A stretch of DNA of 57,660 nucleotides, counting the filler, from Basidiobolus ranarum (taxonomy: Eukaryota), in assembly GCA_040143965.1 (NCBI GenBank). It is 6 parts of 6 records of this genome, joined end to end, with 100 filler letters (N's around TTAATTAATTAA, not from the genome) between each part and the next. Parts side by side here need not be neighbours in the genome. Positions count along the whole stretch, not along the records: positions 9,649 to 19,179 come from JASJQH010007687.1; positions 19,280 to 28,808 come from JASJQH010007688.1; 4 more parts are not named here. One strand, 5' to 3'. The notes under the pieces are model-generated. The model made no database searches and was not told where the DNA came from. It saw nothing but the letters and a program-made list of their open reading frames with translations. Each line of letters begins with the position of its first letter. The stretch's first letter is position 1. Position numbers and translations under genes: made by a program. Of the stretch, positions 13,176-25,354 are shown piece after piece.

Positions 13176-13754
13176 ATGGCTGTTAGTGTTCCTGAATATA
13201 CTTACTACACACTTCCTGGTACGAGACCCATTCATAATATCGTCGATGTGAAGTCTCCTTTGAAGCTCTCCAAGGCGCTCTTAAGAGACCCAGATGCTTT
13301 GATGAGTTTTGCTGCATTCAAGGTTGAGGTCGCACTTCAATGTGAAAAGGTCAACACACACAGACCTGATCTCCCAAGCTTGGAAGCGTTCGTGAAGTTA
13401 ATGACTATCCGAACTAAGCTTTCTCTTCCAACAATCATCGTTTCATTGATATATGTGGGTCGCCTACACAAATCACTCCCTCCCTCTGCCCGTGGGGATT
13501 TCGAAACCCCGTACAAAATCTTTCTTGCCGCTGTTCTTGCTGCTAGCAAATTCTTAGATGATCGCCCAATTGAGAACTGTAAGATGGCTAGTCTATGCGA
13601 TGGGTATTTTACCTTGTTTGAAATTAATGAGATGGAGAGATGTTTCTTAAGTCTCTTGAACTACGAATTATATGTCGACTCTGAGGATGTTCGTGTTTTC
13701 CTCAACGAAAACCGCAACTTACTTCAAGCAGGTCTTTATCAGGAAGGATGGTGA
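13176..13754 (+). CDS. Pho85-type (PCL/Pho80-like) cyclin, intronless
   Basis: LPSLEAFV...TKLSLPTIIVSLIYVGRL...IFLAAVLAASKFLDD...N...EINEMERCFLSLLNYELYV cyclin box. Confidence 0.88.
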   Translation: MAVSVPEYTYYTLPGTRPIHNIVDVKSPLKLSKALLRDPDALMSFAAFKVEVALQCEKVNTHRPDLPSLEAFVKLMTIRTKLSLPTIIVSLIYVGRLHKSLPPSARGDFETPYKIFLAAVLAASKFLDDRPIENCKMASLCDGYFTLFEINEMERCFLSLLNYELYVDSEDVRVFLNENRNLLQAGLYQEGW

Positions 13755-16079
13755 CGAGTTCACTGTGCTTCCTATCCTCAGATTAACATTAATTCCTAAT
13801 CTCATACTAGATATAATACAGACGCCGCATTATTCACCCACTAAATAATTTCATGTATAACATTGTTCACCAATAATACTCCTATAATTGACATTTCAAG
13901 CAATTATCTCTGTAAATAAATTTTCCTACATACAACACACTGCCCAATTTCTCTTCTCTATAGCCTCGCACTTGGGAAGAAGGATCTTCCACTGTCAAAG
14001 AATTCTCAGTTGCCACTGTCGAATATTCCACGGTAAAAATGGAATGATACGGTGCAGTTATTAAGGTTATCATGGATTTTCCTAACTATCTCTACCCAAT
14101 TTAAATCAGCCACCTTGTGTGCAATAAACCTAGAACTCCTACCATTTGGATAATAATGTATATATCAAAGATTCATGAGATTCTTCAAGATTCCCGAGAG
14201 ATGGATAGCAAATTTCGACTACCAAAGTAGTTCCAATGGGTCTCTAAGGAAGTTCTTTTGTGGTTCTTCGAGGAAATCTATATCACTTATAAGGCTATGT
14301 CATCACTAAAGGTACAAGGAGATAAGTCCTAAGTGAACCTATGCATGTACTTTGTTCGACTTGGAAACTACCTCTCTTGAAATGGCAATAATGATTTGAT
14401 TTCAGGAGTCAGGATCCAATCAATGAGTCGAAATCGTATCATTCTGATACTGTGGCCAATGATAAGCCCTTTCCTGTTAGGGTTCAATCTCCGAGACTAA
14501 AGAACATTCGGATGTAAAATCCTTCTGTTGAACTCGAATTCAAAGCTGATTGTTGTTTATTAGGATAACTACTGACAGATACGCCTTTAATCCAACTGTT
14601 TTGTCGTAATAAGGCGGTATACGAGACCTTAATATACTGAATACGTCAGGATTCATACCAGAGTTGCGTTCTTGGCATCTTAAATTCTAGGTGTAGGGGA
14701 GGGGCTAGGACTAGGGGTGGAGGGCTAGGTTGTTAGGTAGAATTCTTGACGGTACAATGAATAAATATCCCTAAATAAATATCCCAATATTCAACCATGT
14801 AATCAGGCATTACTAAAACCCATTATACTAACCTGTTTATTATTCAAGGTTAAGGTTTGATGTAAGTGTATGGCTTTGGTTTAAATCATCCATTCTAAAC
14901 TCAACTTGAACTCTTCCTTGATAGGAAATTTTTAAGGAATATTCCGTGTCGATCCTATTTCACACACATAGGAGATGTGGCTTGTTCTAAGGACACTCCT
15001 GTCTTTTCCGGTTTATCTATAGCATCTCTAATATTTTAGAAGACTTCACTGTAGTTCAAAGATCAGACCAATGCTTGAGCTACATATACGATAGTTAAAC
15101 ACATCCCATCCATCATAACAGAACTTCACAAAAGAATAATGGAACATCCCGAAAGAAGAGACCAATTTGAATAAAGATAAACCAAGCGGAATTCATATTC
15201 CCGCGGCCTCCACTTCCATCGTCTGGGAGAATATTCGGTAGAAAAGTATGAATGGAAAGAGTAGAATGCATAAAGCATAGATTTATCTGTTTTGTAGCAT
15301 TAAGATGTTCTTGGAAACCATCCATGTGATTTCTAGTAATCAGTTTGTGTTTCAGTAGATTTTCTTAATTCACTTGCAATGATCACTACAAACATCATCA
15401 CCATAGAGACGAAATCAACGGGATTCAATTAATGATGTATGTTGCTAATCAATTCGGGCATTGGTTTATCCATACAAATATACCTGAGTGTTACACCGAA
15501 TTACTCTCGTGTTTCGAACCGTCGGCTGAATGCTATACTAGAATGGGACTCTTGTAGTAAAACCTTGTTTATTTCTATAATTAGATGCATCCTCGGGGAA
15601 ACAATTACTAGTATATGTGCTCTCAACAAGTATGAGGCAGGAGAATCAGGTTCGTCGGTTCGTGTAAATAGCAAGTCTATTCGTCGAAGATGCATCATTT
15701 AGTATCAGTAGAACTAAATATTCCAAACCTGCTTGGGCTAGTCTATTACTATCCAAAATGGCAACCCACTACACAGTGATGACAACGGAGTCCCGTACTA
15801 ATATAGGCATATCCATGGCTTTAATTCCATCCATCTAATCGAATCTTCCAAGGCTGAACTCGTAATTACTGTTTTGGTATTAGAAGAGAATAGTCTACAT
15901 TTCCATCGGAAGTCCATATATGTATGTGTTCCAGTACATGTAGCACGGACAATATTTACTCATTTCGAAACGGATGCATGTCAACACTTGTATGCCATCC
16001 AAGTCCAGACTATCTCATTCTTGTTGTGAAGAAAACGTATATTCGCTTGGAGTGATCATGATTGTATTTGTTGAGTACT

Positions 16080-16120
16080 GTAATAGCCGATGTAATAGCC
16101 GACGTAATAGCCAACGTAAT
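16080..16120 (+). repeat. 12-bp tandem repeat, ~3.4 copies (GTAATAGCCGAC)
   Basis: gtaatagccgat gtaatagccgac gtaatagccaac gtaat. Confidence 0.85.
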
Positions 16121-16775
16121 GTCTGTGCTGACTCCTTCCACTCTATTCTAGTATTCATAATTCTGAAAGTGCCATTCTATTCTTTAGTTATTAACAATTC
16201 GGATGTTACATAATACTGTTATTAACGACAAAACCCACACTTTTATTACGTAAAGAATTTGTGTTATGTCATGTGATGATGATTGTAACGTTTCCTATAT
16301 TTGGCATGGTTATGTGTGACCTGTATACTTTGATTCCAATCAACAGAAATTACCAACGATGAATGTAAGCCAAGCCAGAGTCATTAGGGTTCGGTCGTTA
16401 ATCACGATTCACAATTTATACATAATTACCAATCGGAATATTAGTCATGTTTATTAATGAGGAGGTATTAGAACAAGGTGTTTGGTGCTCGTAGTTATCA
16501 TTTAGTGCTATCATTATTACTGAAACAACATCATATCCACTTCTTGCTTGGTGCTTCAAACAGCTCACATAGAGTTCAAAAGAGAGGGCCAAGCATTAAA
16601 GCAGATCATGAATATGTTGCATTTGCCAAGAAATTGTTGATTATTGCTATATATATAGGCCGAGGAGAGATTAATTCGCATATATATATATTCCATACTG
16701 CGCGACACGTGTAACTTACTCAATTTTCCCGTACACTTATTTCGTTATTGCTCTTTCGTTATTATTTTTCCAATA

Positions 16776-18077
16776 ATGACTCTTCCTGAAAATGAAGGTC
16801 GATTGTTTTCCAGAACAATTCCCGATGAAGATAGATTGCCACTCACCATGCCACACCCATCCGTTCCATATAATCCCCCATTGCAAATGCCAATTCCTTA
16901 CAAATCTGCTTTACCACCGTTTCAATCTCCAAATAACTTTACAGAACAGTGTGTAAATACCACTTACGGGAATCCGAATTACTCCCACTTCGACTCCAAC
17001 AATTCACAGACTTTTTCATTTCCTGAACCTTCACAGTATTATAGACCAAACACAGAATCATCGACTCACTTTCCCGAAATTCCTTTTTACAATCAGTCGC
17101 ATTCTTCGTCGATAACATTTCCTGAACCTGATTTTGGATCTAGCTTCCCTTCCACGGGGTCATTCGGATATACACCTAATATCTCCGGCCCCTTATTTCA
17201 ATCTCCAGAGATTGTACCAGGATTTCCAGTACCAGCAACTTATTTGGATTCTAATGAATATGATACAAAACCAGTCGAAAATTCAGATATACCAGACGCA
17301 TATACGTATAATAATTGTACAGACACTAAAGTCATTGTACCTGTCACCGACAACCTCTATCCTCCATTATTTTCAGGATATCCTCCTGCCAAACCATCCC
17401 AAATCTACGCTCTATCCAATCTTACGGGTATTAATAGCTCAACTCAATTTGAATGGGTGAACTCAGTGAATGGGTTAGTTAATGTTTAACCAATGATTTG
17501 ATGGAGTTTCTCAAACTTACCTCTATTTTAGTTATATCCCGCCTGAAGCTGCTGGTTGTGGCAAAGAAAATAACGGTGCTCCCTTGTATGTATCTCGAAC
17601 GGTCTATAAGCAAACCACTCATGTTGGTATGGTTGGACCTCATTTGAAAGGAATCAGTTTTATTCATAATGGTAAAGAAACATTGAATTCATATAGAACT
17701 CGTATTATCAAATGACTAATAATCATTAACCTTAGGCTCCGTAGTAAAGCAAAAAACCTGCTCTATCCTATGTGGGGACATCAGAAAGCTTCGTTGGATT
17801 AAGTGTATGGGGCCATTTAAAGTGGATGGACAAAAACTCGTTCAAGCCGGTACCACCGTAGCAGGCAAACCAGTATGTATTCCAAGTGCTTCAATATTCC
17901 ACTAGTAAAATGACTGATCAAGTTATGATATAGATATTCATAGGTATTGTCGATTATCGTGGTGGTATATATATCGGCGAAGTTGGTGAACATATTGAAG
18001 GGGGTATTTGCTTCGTTTATAATGGTAAGAAACATACCGCCCCTGATTTCTATTACCTTTTAGCATATAACTTTTGA
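16776..18077 (+). CDS. Pro-rich N-terminus plus DM9/DUF3421 repeat domain protein; join(16776..17473,17532..17671,17736..17872,17934..18077)
   Basis: Three GT-AG introns give an open frame: FEWVNSVNGYIPPEAAGCGKENNGAPLYVSRTVYKQTTHVGMVGPHL...LRWIKCMG...VQAGTTVAGKPIFIGIVDYRGGIYIGEVGEH...YYLLAYNF, matching the two-repeat DM9 pattern. Confidence 0.75.
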
Positions 18078-19179
18078 ATAGACATGGAAGATTGGATGTA
18101 AATAACTTTGTAAAATTCTTCCCCGTATCTTAATATGTGTTTGTTTGTCAAATGTTGAAATCTTGGTGGAAATCTTCAAATGGATGTAAAAAATCAATCA
18201 AATTGTACACTATAAATACTTGGAACATTATTCAATTTTTAAGGGGAGCAGACGGGATGTCCATAGTGAGACACCATAACACATTCTTGAGTGAAAAGTA
18301 TAGTTGAACTACAAATAACTAAAATACCTAATTGTCCACAAGCAATAGGAACTCTATCATTCTGGCTATTTTTTAGAACTCTAAATTCAATAATGATAAG
18401 CATGTAGCTCTAGGATACTTCTGGAGGTTTAGAAACCATTAATTATGCTTTAGATATTTATATCAATTTCAATACATAAAATCCTCAAAAACTGAGCAAC
18501 AAATATGAAGGCATGGAATAAGAGCAGTGCAATCTTTTAACACTTTGTCAAGATTCAGTGTTATGATCATATTTACTAATTATCTTTTGATACTGAAGTT
18601 TCAGCTCAGGGACTGTCTAAGTAATGCATAAACTATTGGACAATATATCCTTATTCAATATCTTAGTTTACTCTAGCATTTACACATATCTCAGAAACAA
18701 GAAAGTATCCTTGGTGTAATCAGATAGTTTTGAAATAGCTTAATAAACCAAAACAACAATCCATTACTGGAATCTGTTGAAATTATGGGGTATGAAAAGC
18801 ACCAGGTGGTGTGGACTTTATTTAGCTTATATACTAATCTAAACAAAGTGACAATTAAGACATCAATCTTTTGAGATATTGTAATAGTAATAGACTTTAT
18901 CCATACTCAACTTGATGACCAACTTAATCAAGTTCTGAGGTTGTAAATATAGTGTTAAGGGGTAAAGGTGGTATGCAGAAAGCAAGGTATTCAGTATACA
19001 CTAAATGGACAAAGTGACAAAAACCTGGGATAATAGGGACCAAGAAAGGTGTCTTGGAGGCAAGGTATTGCTTCCAAAGGTCTAGCTGGAAGTCTAGAGC
19101 AACAATTTTAGGCTGTTTTGTGTCATGCAGTTGTAGAGCTAACTCAGAAACCAAAGGAGCATCTTGTATCAATTTCCAG

Positions 19180-19279
19180 NNNNNNNNNNNNNNNNNNNNN
19201 NNNNNNNNNNNNNNNNNNNNNNNTTAATTAATTAANNNNNNNNNNNNNNNNNNNNNNNNNNNNNNNNNNNNNNNNNNNN
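19180..19279. other. Artificial contig spacer
   Basis: N44-TTAATTAATTAA-N44. Confidence 0.98.
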
Positions 19280-20710
19280 TTTAATTCCCCTTCCCCTTCC
19301 CCTCTCACCCTCCCCCACTTTGACGAAAAGGTTTTATCTACATCCTGTTGTATCATAGAATTGCTTACAAATAATCTTCTTTGCACTATATGATTTTTTT
19401 AAAAAAGGTTCATTCCATTTCCGATTAAAATCGATGATTATATTCTCTTATCAAAGGACCCATCCACATAATTCTGCTCGTGACAATGACAGACCTCTCC
19501 GCGTGTAACAAGTTGAAGTATAGATTTCGAGGGTTTCAAGGGGGAATAGTGTGGGTGCAGATAAAAATAACCTTAATGGTATATAAAAGTGATCCTTATG
19601 TGCATGCAGATGAGCTGCGAATCCAACCATATTACAAATCAAAGAGGTTGTATCATCACTCGCCAACACGGATATTCATATCCTAGAGGGATATGTATGA
19701 TATGTGAGGTTGAATGATTGGATTCACTTCAGATGTCGTGGTCATATTAAAGCTCTCTATGTTCATGCAAGCGCCTATTTGATATACATTCTGGATGTGG
19801 ACGCGCTCAAATAGAATATTAATTTCATTGTTGCTGCTAAGAGATCTGCTAGGAGTCTTCTATCCACTACTGCTTAATTCAACCATTCTAAACGAAACAG
19901 TCTGTAATGATGATGGATGTTGATACATATATCACATGTAAAAAATCAAGACAGCTATATTCCGTGACATACTGGTGCCGAAATTCATCCCACAAAAAGC
20001 AGACTTAAGATCTAGTCAAATGCCCCAGATCTTCCAAGTGGAAGCCCACTGATCAGTGATTAGAATCTACATCAAAGAATAGAAATGAAAAAAAATTCCC
20101 ATATGTACTTTTTTAACTGGATTACTTGGTTCATTTCTAGAAAGAAGGAGATTATCCAAGTGAATGTTATATTTGAATGATCTTTCATATCATCTGTGAA
20201 TACCAAGGATCTTGTTGTTAATGGTCAGGTATTATCTTGTCTAATGGGATGGTTGTTGTTTATCTCTACTTGACAAGGATCGGGATCTTCTCACATAATC
20301 TGATCGACCCATTTTTCATTTGGTTTAATTCAATATTTCGTTAACTTGAAACCATCTGGATTTCTTCTTGCCAGGTTATATTAGAAACAGGTGGTCATGG
20401 TCATTAGTAACAACTAAATGGATCCACAAATCAATCTGATTCTAAGGTTTCCTTGGAATGGCATAAACCGCTTCGGATTTCAAATCGAACTCCGATACCT
20501 TCAGGACTTGAGTGAGGTGGGGGTATAGGAAACTTAGTGAGATAAATAGAAGCATCAAGACCGTGACCGAGGTGAATTCTGGTTAGAATCATGTAAGTGT
20601 AGAATAATAATAATAATATGGATTTTATTTATATATATAAAATTACCCTAAATCTGAAGACTGTGTTTGTAGTTCTGATAATAAAAAGTTGGTGAAAATA
20701 CTGGTGGAGT

Positions 20711-23384
20711 TCATGTGTTTTTGAAATCACTCATTATCTCTACAACGCCAATATTATACTGTTGTTCAATTACAAATTCCATATTAATATCTGTTGTTGG
20801 AGAATCTTGGGAGTCAACGCCTGTGGTATCGGTGACATTACGTAAGAGCTCTTCCTTTAAATTCTTACTCTCTTGTTTCATTTGAATGTCTACCCAACTA
20901 GGTATAGAGCTCACTAGCTTCCCAGCAACCGTACGGAATACTAAGAAAAGGTGCTCTGCAACAACAGCAAAGATGGCAGCATAAACGATATGTGTATATT
21001 CAAGATTCTCCCATGTATGTGGATCGTTTGACATATCGCCAAAGTTTCGAAATTGATAAATAAACAAGGTATTGACAATGGTCCCTAACCACGCTAAGAA
21101 TTCCTATAAATGTATACATATATATATATTGCATTAGTAGTATACCATTGACGAAGGATAAACAAGCACGTACCATCGTACGCTTCCAAGGACCGATACT
21201 TTCTGCTCTGATTGGAATAGGTCGCCTTTTACCATGGGGATAAACAAGTTAGATTTGAATAGAATATCTCAAAATCAACTGAATATGTTTACTTAGTTCG
21301 AAAGCAAATTTTAACAGCGTCCGATCTAGTCTCGACCCATACGCATGCCAACACTGCCAATGGAGCCAGAGGCCATACACTCGTGAATAGACATACCGAT
21401 CCAAACTGGAATTTATGGAATGTTTCTAGGTAAGTAATTTATCGGCTAACTCAATGGAATTTTCTCTTCAGTGTATACCTGTGTTGTCATATCGACAAAA
21501 TCCCCATAGATGTCATAATCAGGAAGTTTACTTTCAGTTACAACACTCTCGATGAATCGTTGCTCATCGGCATCCTCACGGCCGCGGTGACGTCTGACGA
21601 CAGACTTGATCTTCCTCTTGTAATAAGAAAGAGCCCTCTTTCCTATTGGAATAAAGAACCCTGAGATCAAACTCTTAACATGGATGGTGAGCATAATTTG
21701 AGTGATCAATCTGGATGGGCCAAAACGAATATCAAGGCGTTCAAGAGCCAACTGGTTCTTAATCCAAAAGGCAAGATCATCACCGAACGGAATAAATACC
21801 CAAGCGACAAGAAATACCGAAGCATAAGTCAGGAGAAAGCTAATAATGAAGATTTTGTAGGTAAGATTGGAGTGATATTTCGTTTCGGTGGCGTAGTTCT
21901 CAAAATCATTCAGACGTATGGCAAATCTTCTATACATCTTGATCAACTGAGGTATAGAGACAGAATAAACCGCAACGGACCCATATTTCTACGAAGTATA
22001 TAGATTGTTAGCTTCTCGTCTAGACAAATAGCCTCACGAATAAAGTTGGCTTACAAAGAATTTCTTGAATGGTCCATGATAATACTCTCTGACCATGAAC
22101 TCAACAAAAAAGGTTGCTGAAATAACCGACATGAGGAGGAATGCAAAAGCAATAATCAACGGCGCTGCAAGTAGTTTTCGGAGCCAGCGTTTCCAGTGGG
22201 GGAAGTAATGAATGGTTTTTCCAGTAACCGGGTCGTATCTTTTGTCCGTAGACTTAAACTGTGGTCGGAGTTCTTCTACTCTTCGGCAATTACTTACTGA
22301 CCATCGGGCTGCCCAATTTCTCTCTTTCCAGCTCCAAAATGCCAAGAAAAACACGGACCATATGCAAGTGAGTAAGGAGAGGATTATGGAAAAATGGATG
22401 GAAAAGAAGGAGGCAGCAGCTCCAATCGCAGCTAAGGGAATAAGTCCTAAGAAGTAGTACTTGAGAAATGCAAAGTAAAATGCAATCTTTACGATACATG
22501 AAGTACCATCAATGTCAGCTGCTGTGTCCAGCTAATTCAAGTATATACAAGTGAGGAATGATTTACCTTTTCGCCAAACTCATCCCGCAGCTGAGTGAGA
22601 TCTTGTTTGCTAACTTGCCAGGTAGTCCCCCATGACAGTAACCATTTCTGTAGGGATTTGAAATATTGAGATTTAGTGAAGAATACAAGAAATAGAGTGA
22701 AGATTTGTATAATAATACTTCATTGAATTTTCGATTATGAAGTGGAAAGACAGACTCCACAAAGTTTTCCCCGGGAATTATCCCAGCATATCCCTCGTCT
22801 ATTGATCCGGTTAGTAGCTGATACTCAACACGATGCCTCTCAGCAGTAGTGGGAACCTGGCTATTAATAACTTTCCAAGGTTCACTTGTTTCTTTTGAAT
22901 AGTTCTTTCCGGTGATATGGAGTCCAGCAAGCCAGTCTTTAACTCTATAATATGCAGATCTTGTTAATAAATCACAAGAGATAACTAAAAATTCAGTATA
23001 AGAAACTACGTTGGTAGAGAAATACCTATTTAACCGATATTTGGTGTTTATTTTATCACCAGGACACAGTATAAAAACTAGTAAGCTCTTTGGATCGCCT
23101 TTTCTTACTTCGCACAACAATCCAGCATTTTGGATCCGCTCAAGCATACTCCGAAAAGCCGAAGTAACTTTTTCTTCTAGCTGTACTCTTTCTGCACGAG
23201 TAGACTCAACTGGAGGAGTAGGATATCGAAAAACAATCACAAAATCAGCGAAGAAATCAGTTAAGTTTGATTCTATTTGCTGCTTATGATATTTCATAAA
23301 GAGAAAGGAGTCAGTATCATGTGAAGCCTTTCTAAACTTCAGTGTGTTGACAGTGGTGTCAACGAGTTCACGGAACTGCTCCAT
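20711..23384 (-). CDS. Anoctamin/TMEM16 (Ist2-like) Ca2+-activated channel/scramblase, multi-exon
   Basis: DFVIVF...VFPLHN, EFGEKIAFYFAFLKYY, FLAFWSWKE...W, LNDFENYATETKY, DYDIYGDF, RRPIPIRAESIGPW, VVAEHLFL motifs. Confidence 0.92.
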
Positions 23385-23753
23385 GGTTAAGCTAGAGGTT
23401 TGCGAGACTAGAATGGAAGTTTAGAGGCTTTTCTTATCAGCGTCCTTGTTCATGACGTCAGTTTCATCAAAAAAAGAGGAAACCGTCACCAACTTTAGCA
23501 AGCTGTATTTGGCATTCCAAAACTGCTTAAATAAGAAGTCCATGTGTTTTGAAATTTATTATATCGAAGTCTGAAAAACTATCGCATACACTAGTTATCC
23601 TGCATAATTGTTACGTATGGGAAATACTAGATGCAAAACATAGCCAATCATACCTTCTGAACGGACTCCAAGGATTGAAAGAAATTTCGAATATTCATGG
23701 AAGATTTGTTATTACTCGTTTTCTCTCCAAGCTCCACATCTTATTTCTGACAA

Positions 23754-24528
23754 ATGGGTAAGTTGCCAAGTGACAGCAAAGTGAATATAACTTCTTCTAA
23801 CTAACCTGTATTGACAACGTTTAGCGGCGCCACAACAACAACAACTCCAGGCTTGGTTCCAAGCTGTTGATGTGTATGTGTTCTTAGTTCGCAGCCTACT
23901 TGTTCTCTAAACTAATTTAGCTTGAAAATGTTTTAGCGATCACAGCGGAGGAATCAGCGCAGATGAGCTTCAAAAAGCTCTCTTGAATGGTAACTTGTAC
24001 AATTAATATTTACGACTAGATGATACTAATCTTACACTATATTGCTTATTAGGCGACTGGAGCCCATTCAATATCGAAACTGTACGTATGATGATCAACA
24101 TGTTCGACAGAGATGATAACGGCACTATCAACTACCAAGAGTTCTGTGGTCTCTGGAAGTACATCGAAGACTGGAAAAGATGCTTCATGGGTTTTGATAA
24201 AGATCAGAGTGGGTCCATCGATCAAAATGAACTAAAAAACGCTATGATTACATTTGGCTACAACCTGAGTGATAAATTTCTTTCCATGATGATTCGTAAA
24301 TACGACAAAAAGGGTAAGTATCCATTGCTATACTTTCTAATGCAAGCGGGGCCACTTATACAGTCGTAAATTCTAGGTACCGGCAATATTACCTTCGACA
24401 ACTTCATCCAAGTCAGCGTCACCGTAAGAACTCTAACCGACTCTTTCAGAAGATTCGATACTGATTCCGATGGTTGGGTCACCATCAACTATGAACAGTT
24501 CATGGAGCTCGTTGTTAGTAGTCGCTAA
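23754..24528 (+). CDS. PEF1: Penta-EF-hand Ca2+-binding protein (Pef1/ALG-2 family), multi-exon
   Basis: MAAPQQQQLQAWFQAVD.DHSGGISADELQKALLNGDWSPFNIETVRMMINMFDRDDNGTINYQEFCGLWKYIEDWKRCF...FDTDSDGWVTINYEQFM. Confidence 0.92.
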
Positions 24529-25354
24529 GCATTTTTGATAACTTTTGTTAAGGCTACTTGTAGACTCTACGTTGTTTTCTTTGCGGTTACACGAATAAAT
24601 CGTATATTTCTCATTTGAACATAGTTACTTTTGAATGAGCAGCTGAGCAATCCACCATTAATTGTATGCAACCTATGTTTTAAAAAGAGTTGTGAAGCCA
24701 GATTCTAATGCGATCATCGGAATTAGAAAGCCGAGCTAACCCACGAATTAAGATGCAAATTTCTATAGAAACTGTCGAGACACCTAGCCATCAATACATA
24801 TCATTGCTGCATACGATTACCAAGGTTACACTGGGTACACAAACTAAAGTGCATATACTCTAAGTTGTATGCTCTACCATCTCGACAAACAAAATACAAT
24901 GGAGTGAATACGGAAACGGTATCCATTCACGAACTCTGGTAATTCATACACAACCCACCTATGTCATATGATTTATCAATTCATTTGTTGGCCAGTAGAA
25001 GACAAATCAAATCTATGCTTTTATACTAGCAAGATATCCTAATTTACCTGGAGCCTAAAATCCCAAGGTTCGTATCACATGTCACTAAGCCATATGCAAA
25101 TGCTCAGTGTGGGAATCAGATCGCCACGGCCACCAATCACCTGAAAGACAATGATAAGTAATAATGCAATGACGCCAATAGGGAGAGCTTGGTGCAAGTG
25201 CAAACCAATCTAGAAAAGTTGCTTGAAGGGAAAGGCCTAGGCGAAGACCAACCCTTTATTTACCATAGAGAACATTAGGAAAACGAAATGCAGTATTGTC
25301 TATTAACATACACGAATGAATGGATTTATATTGACAGTGTGTAGGTGTGAGATA

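Noticed and set aside
14696-14724. Potential G-quadruplex GGGGAGGGGCTAGGACTAGGGGTGGAGGG
   Set aside because: Single occurrence with no linked feature; no support for function
24890-25280. Possible small spliced gene between PEF1 and the PPR gene
   Set aside because: Coding-like patches contain in-frame stops, with no recognisable motif or clear start
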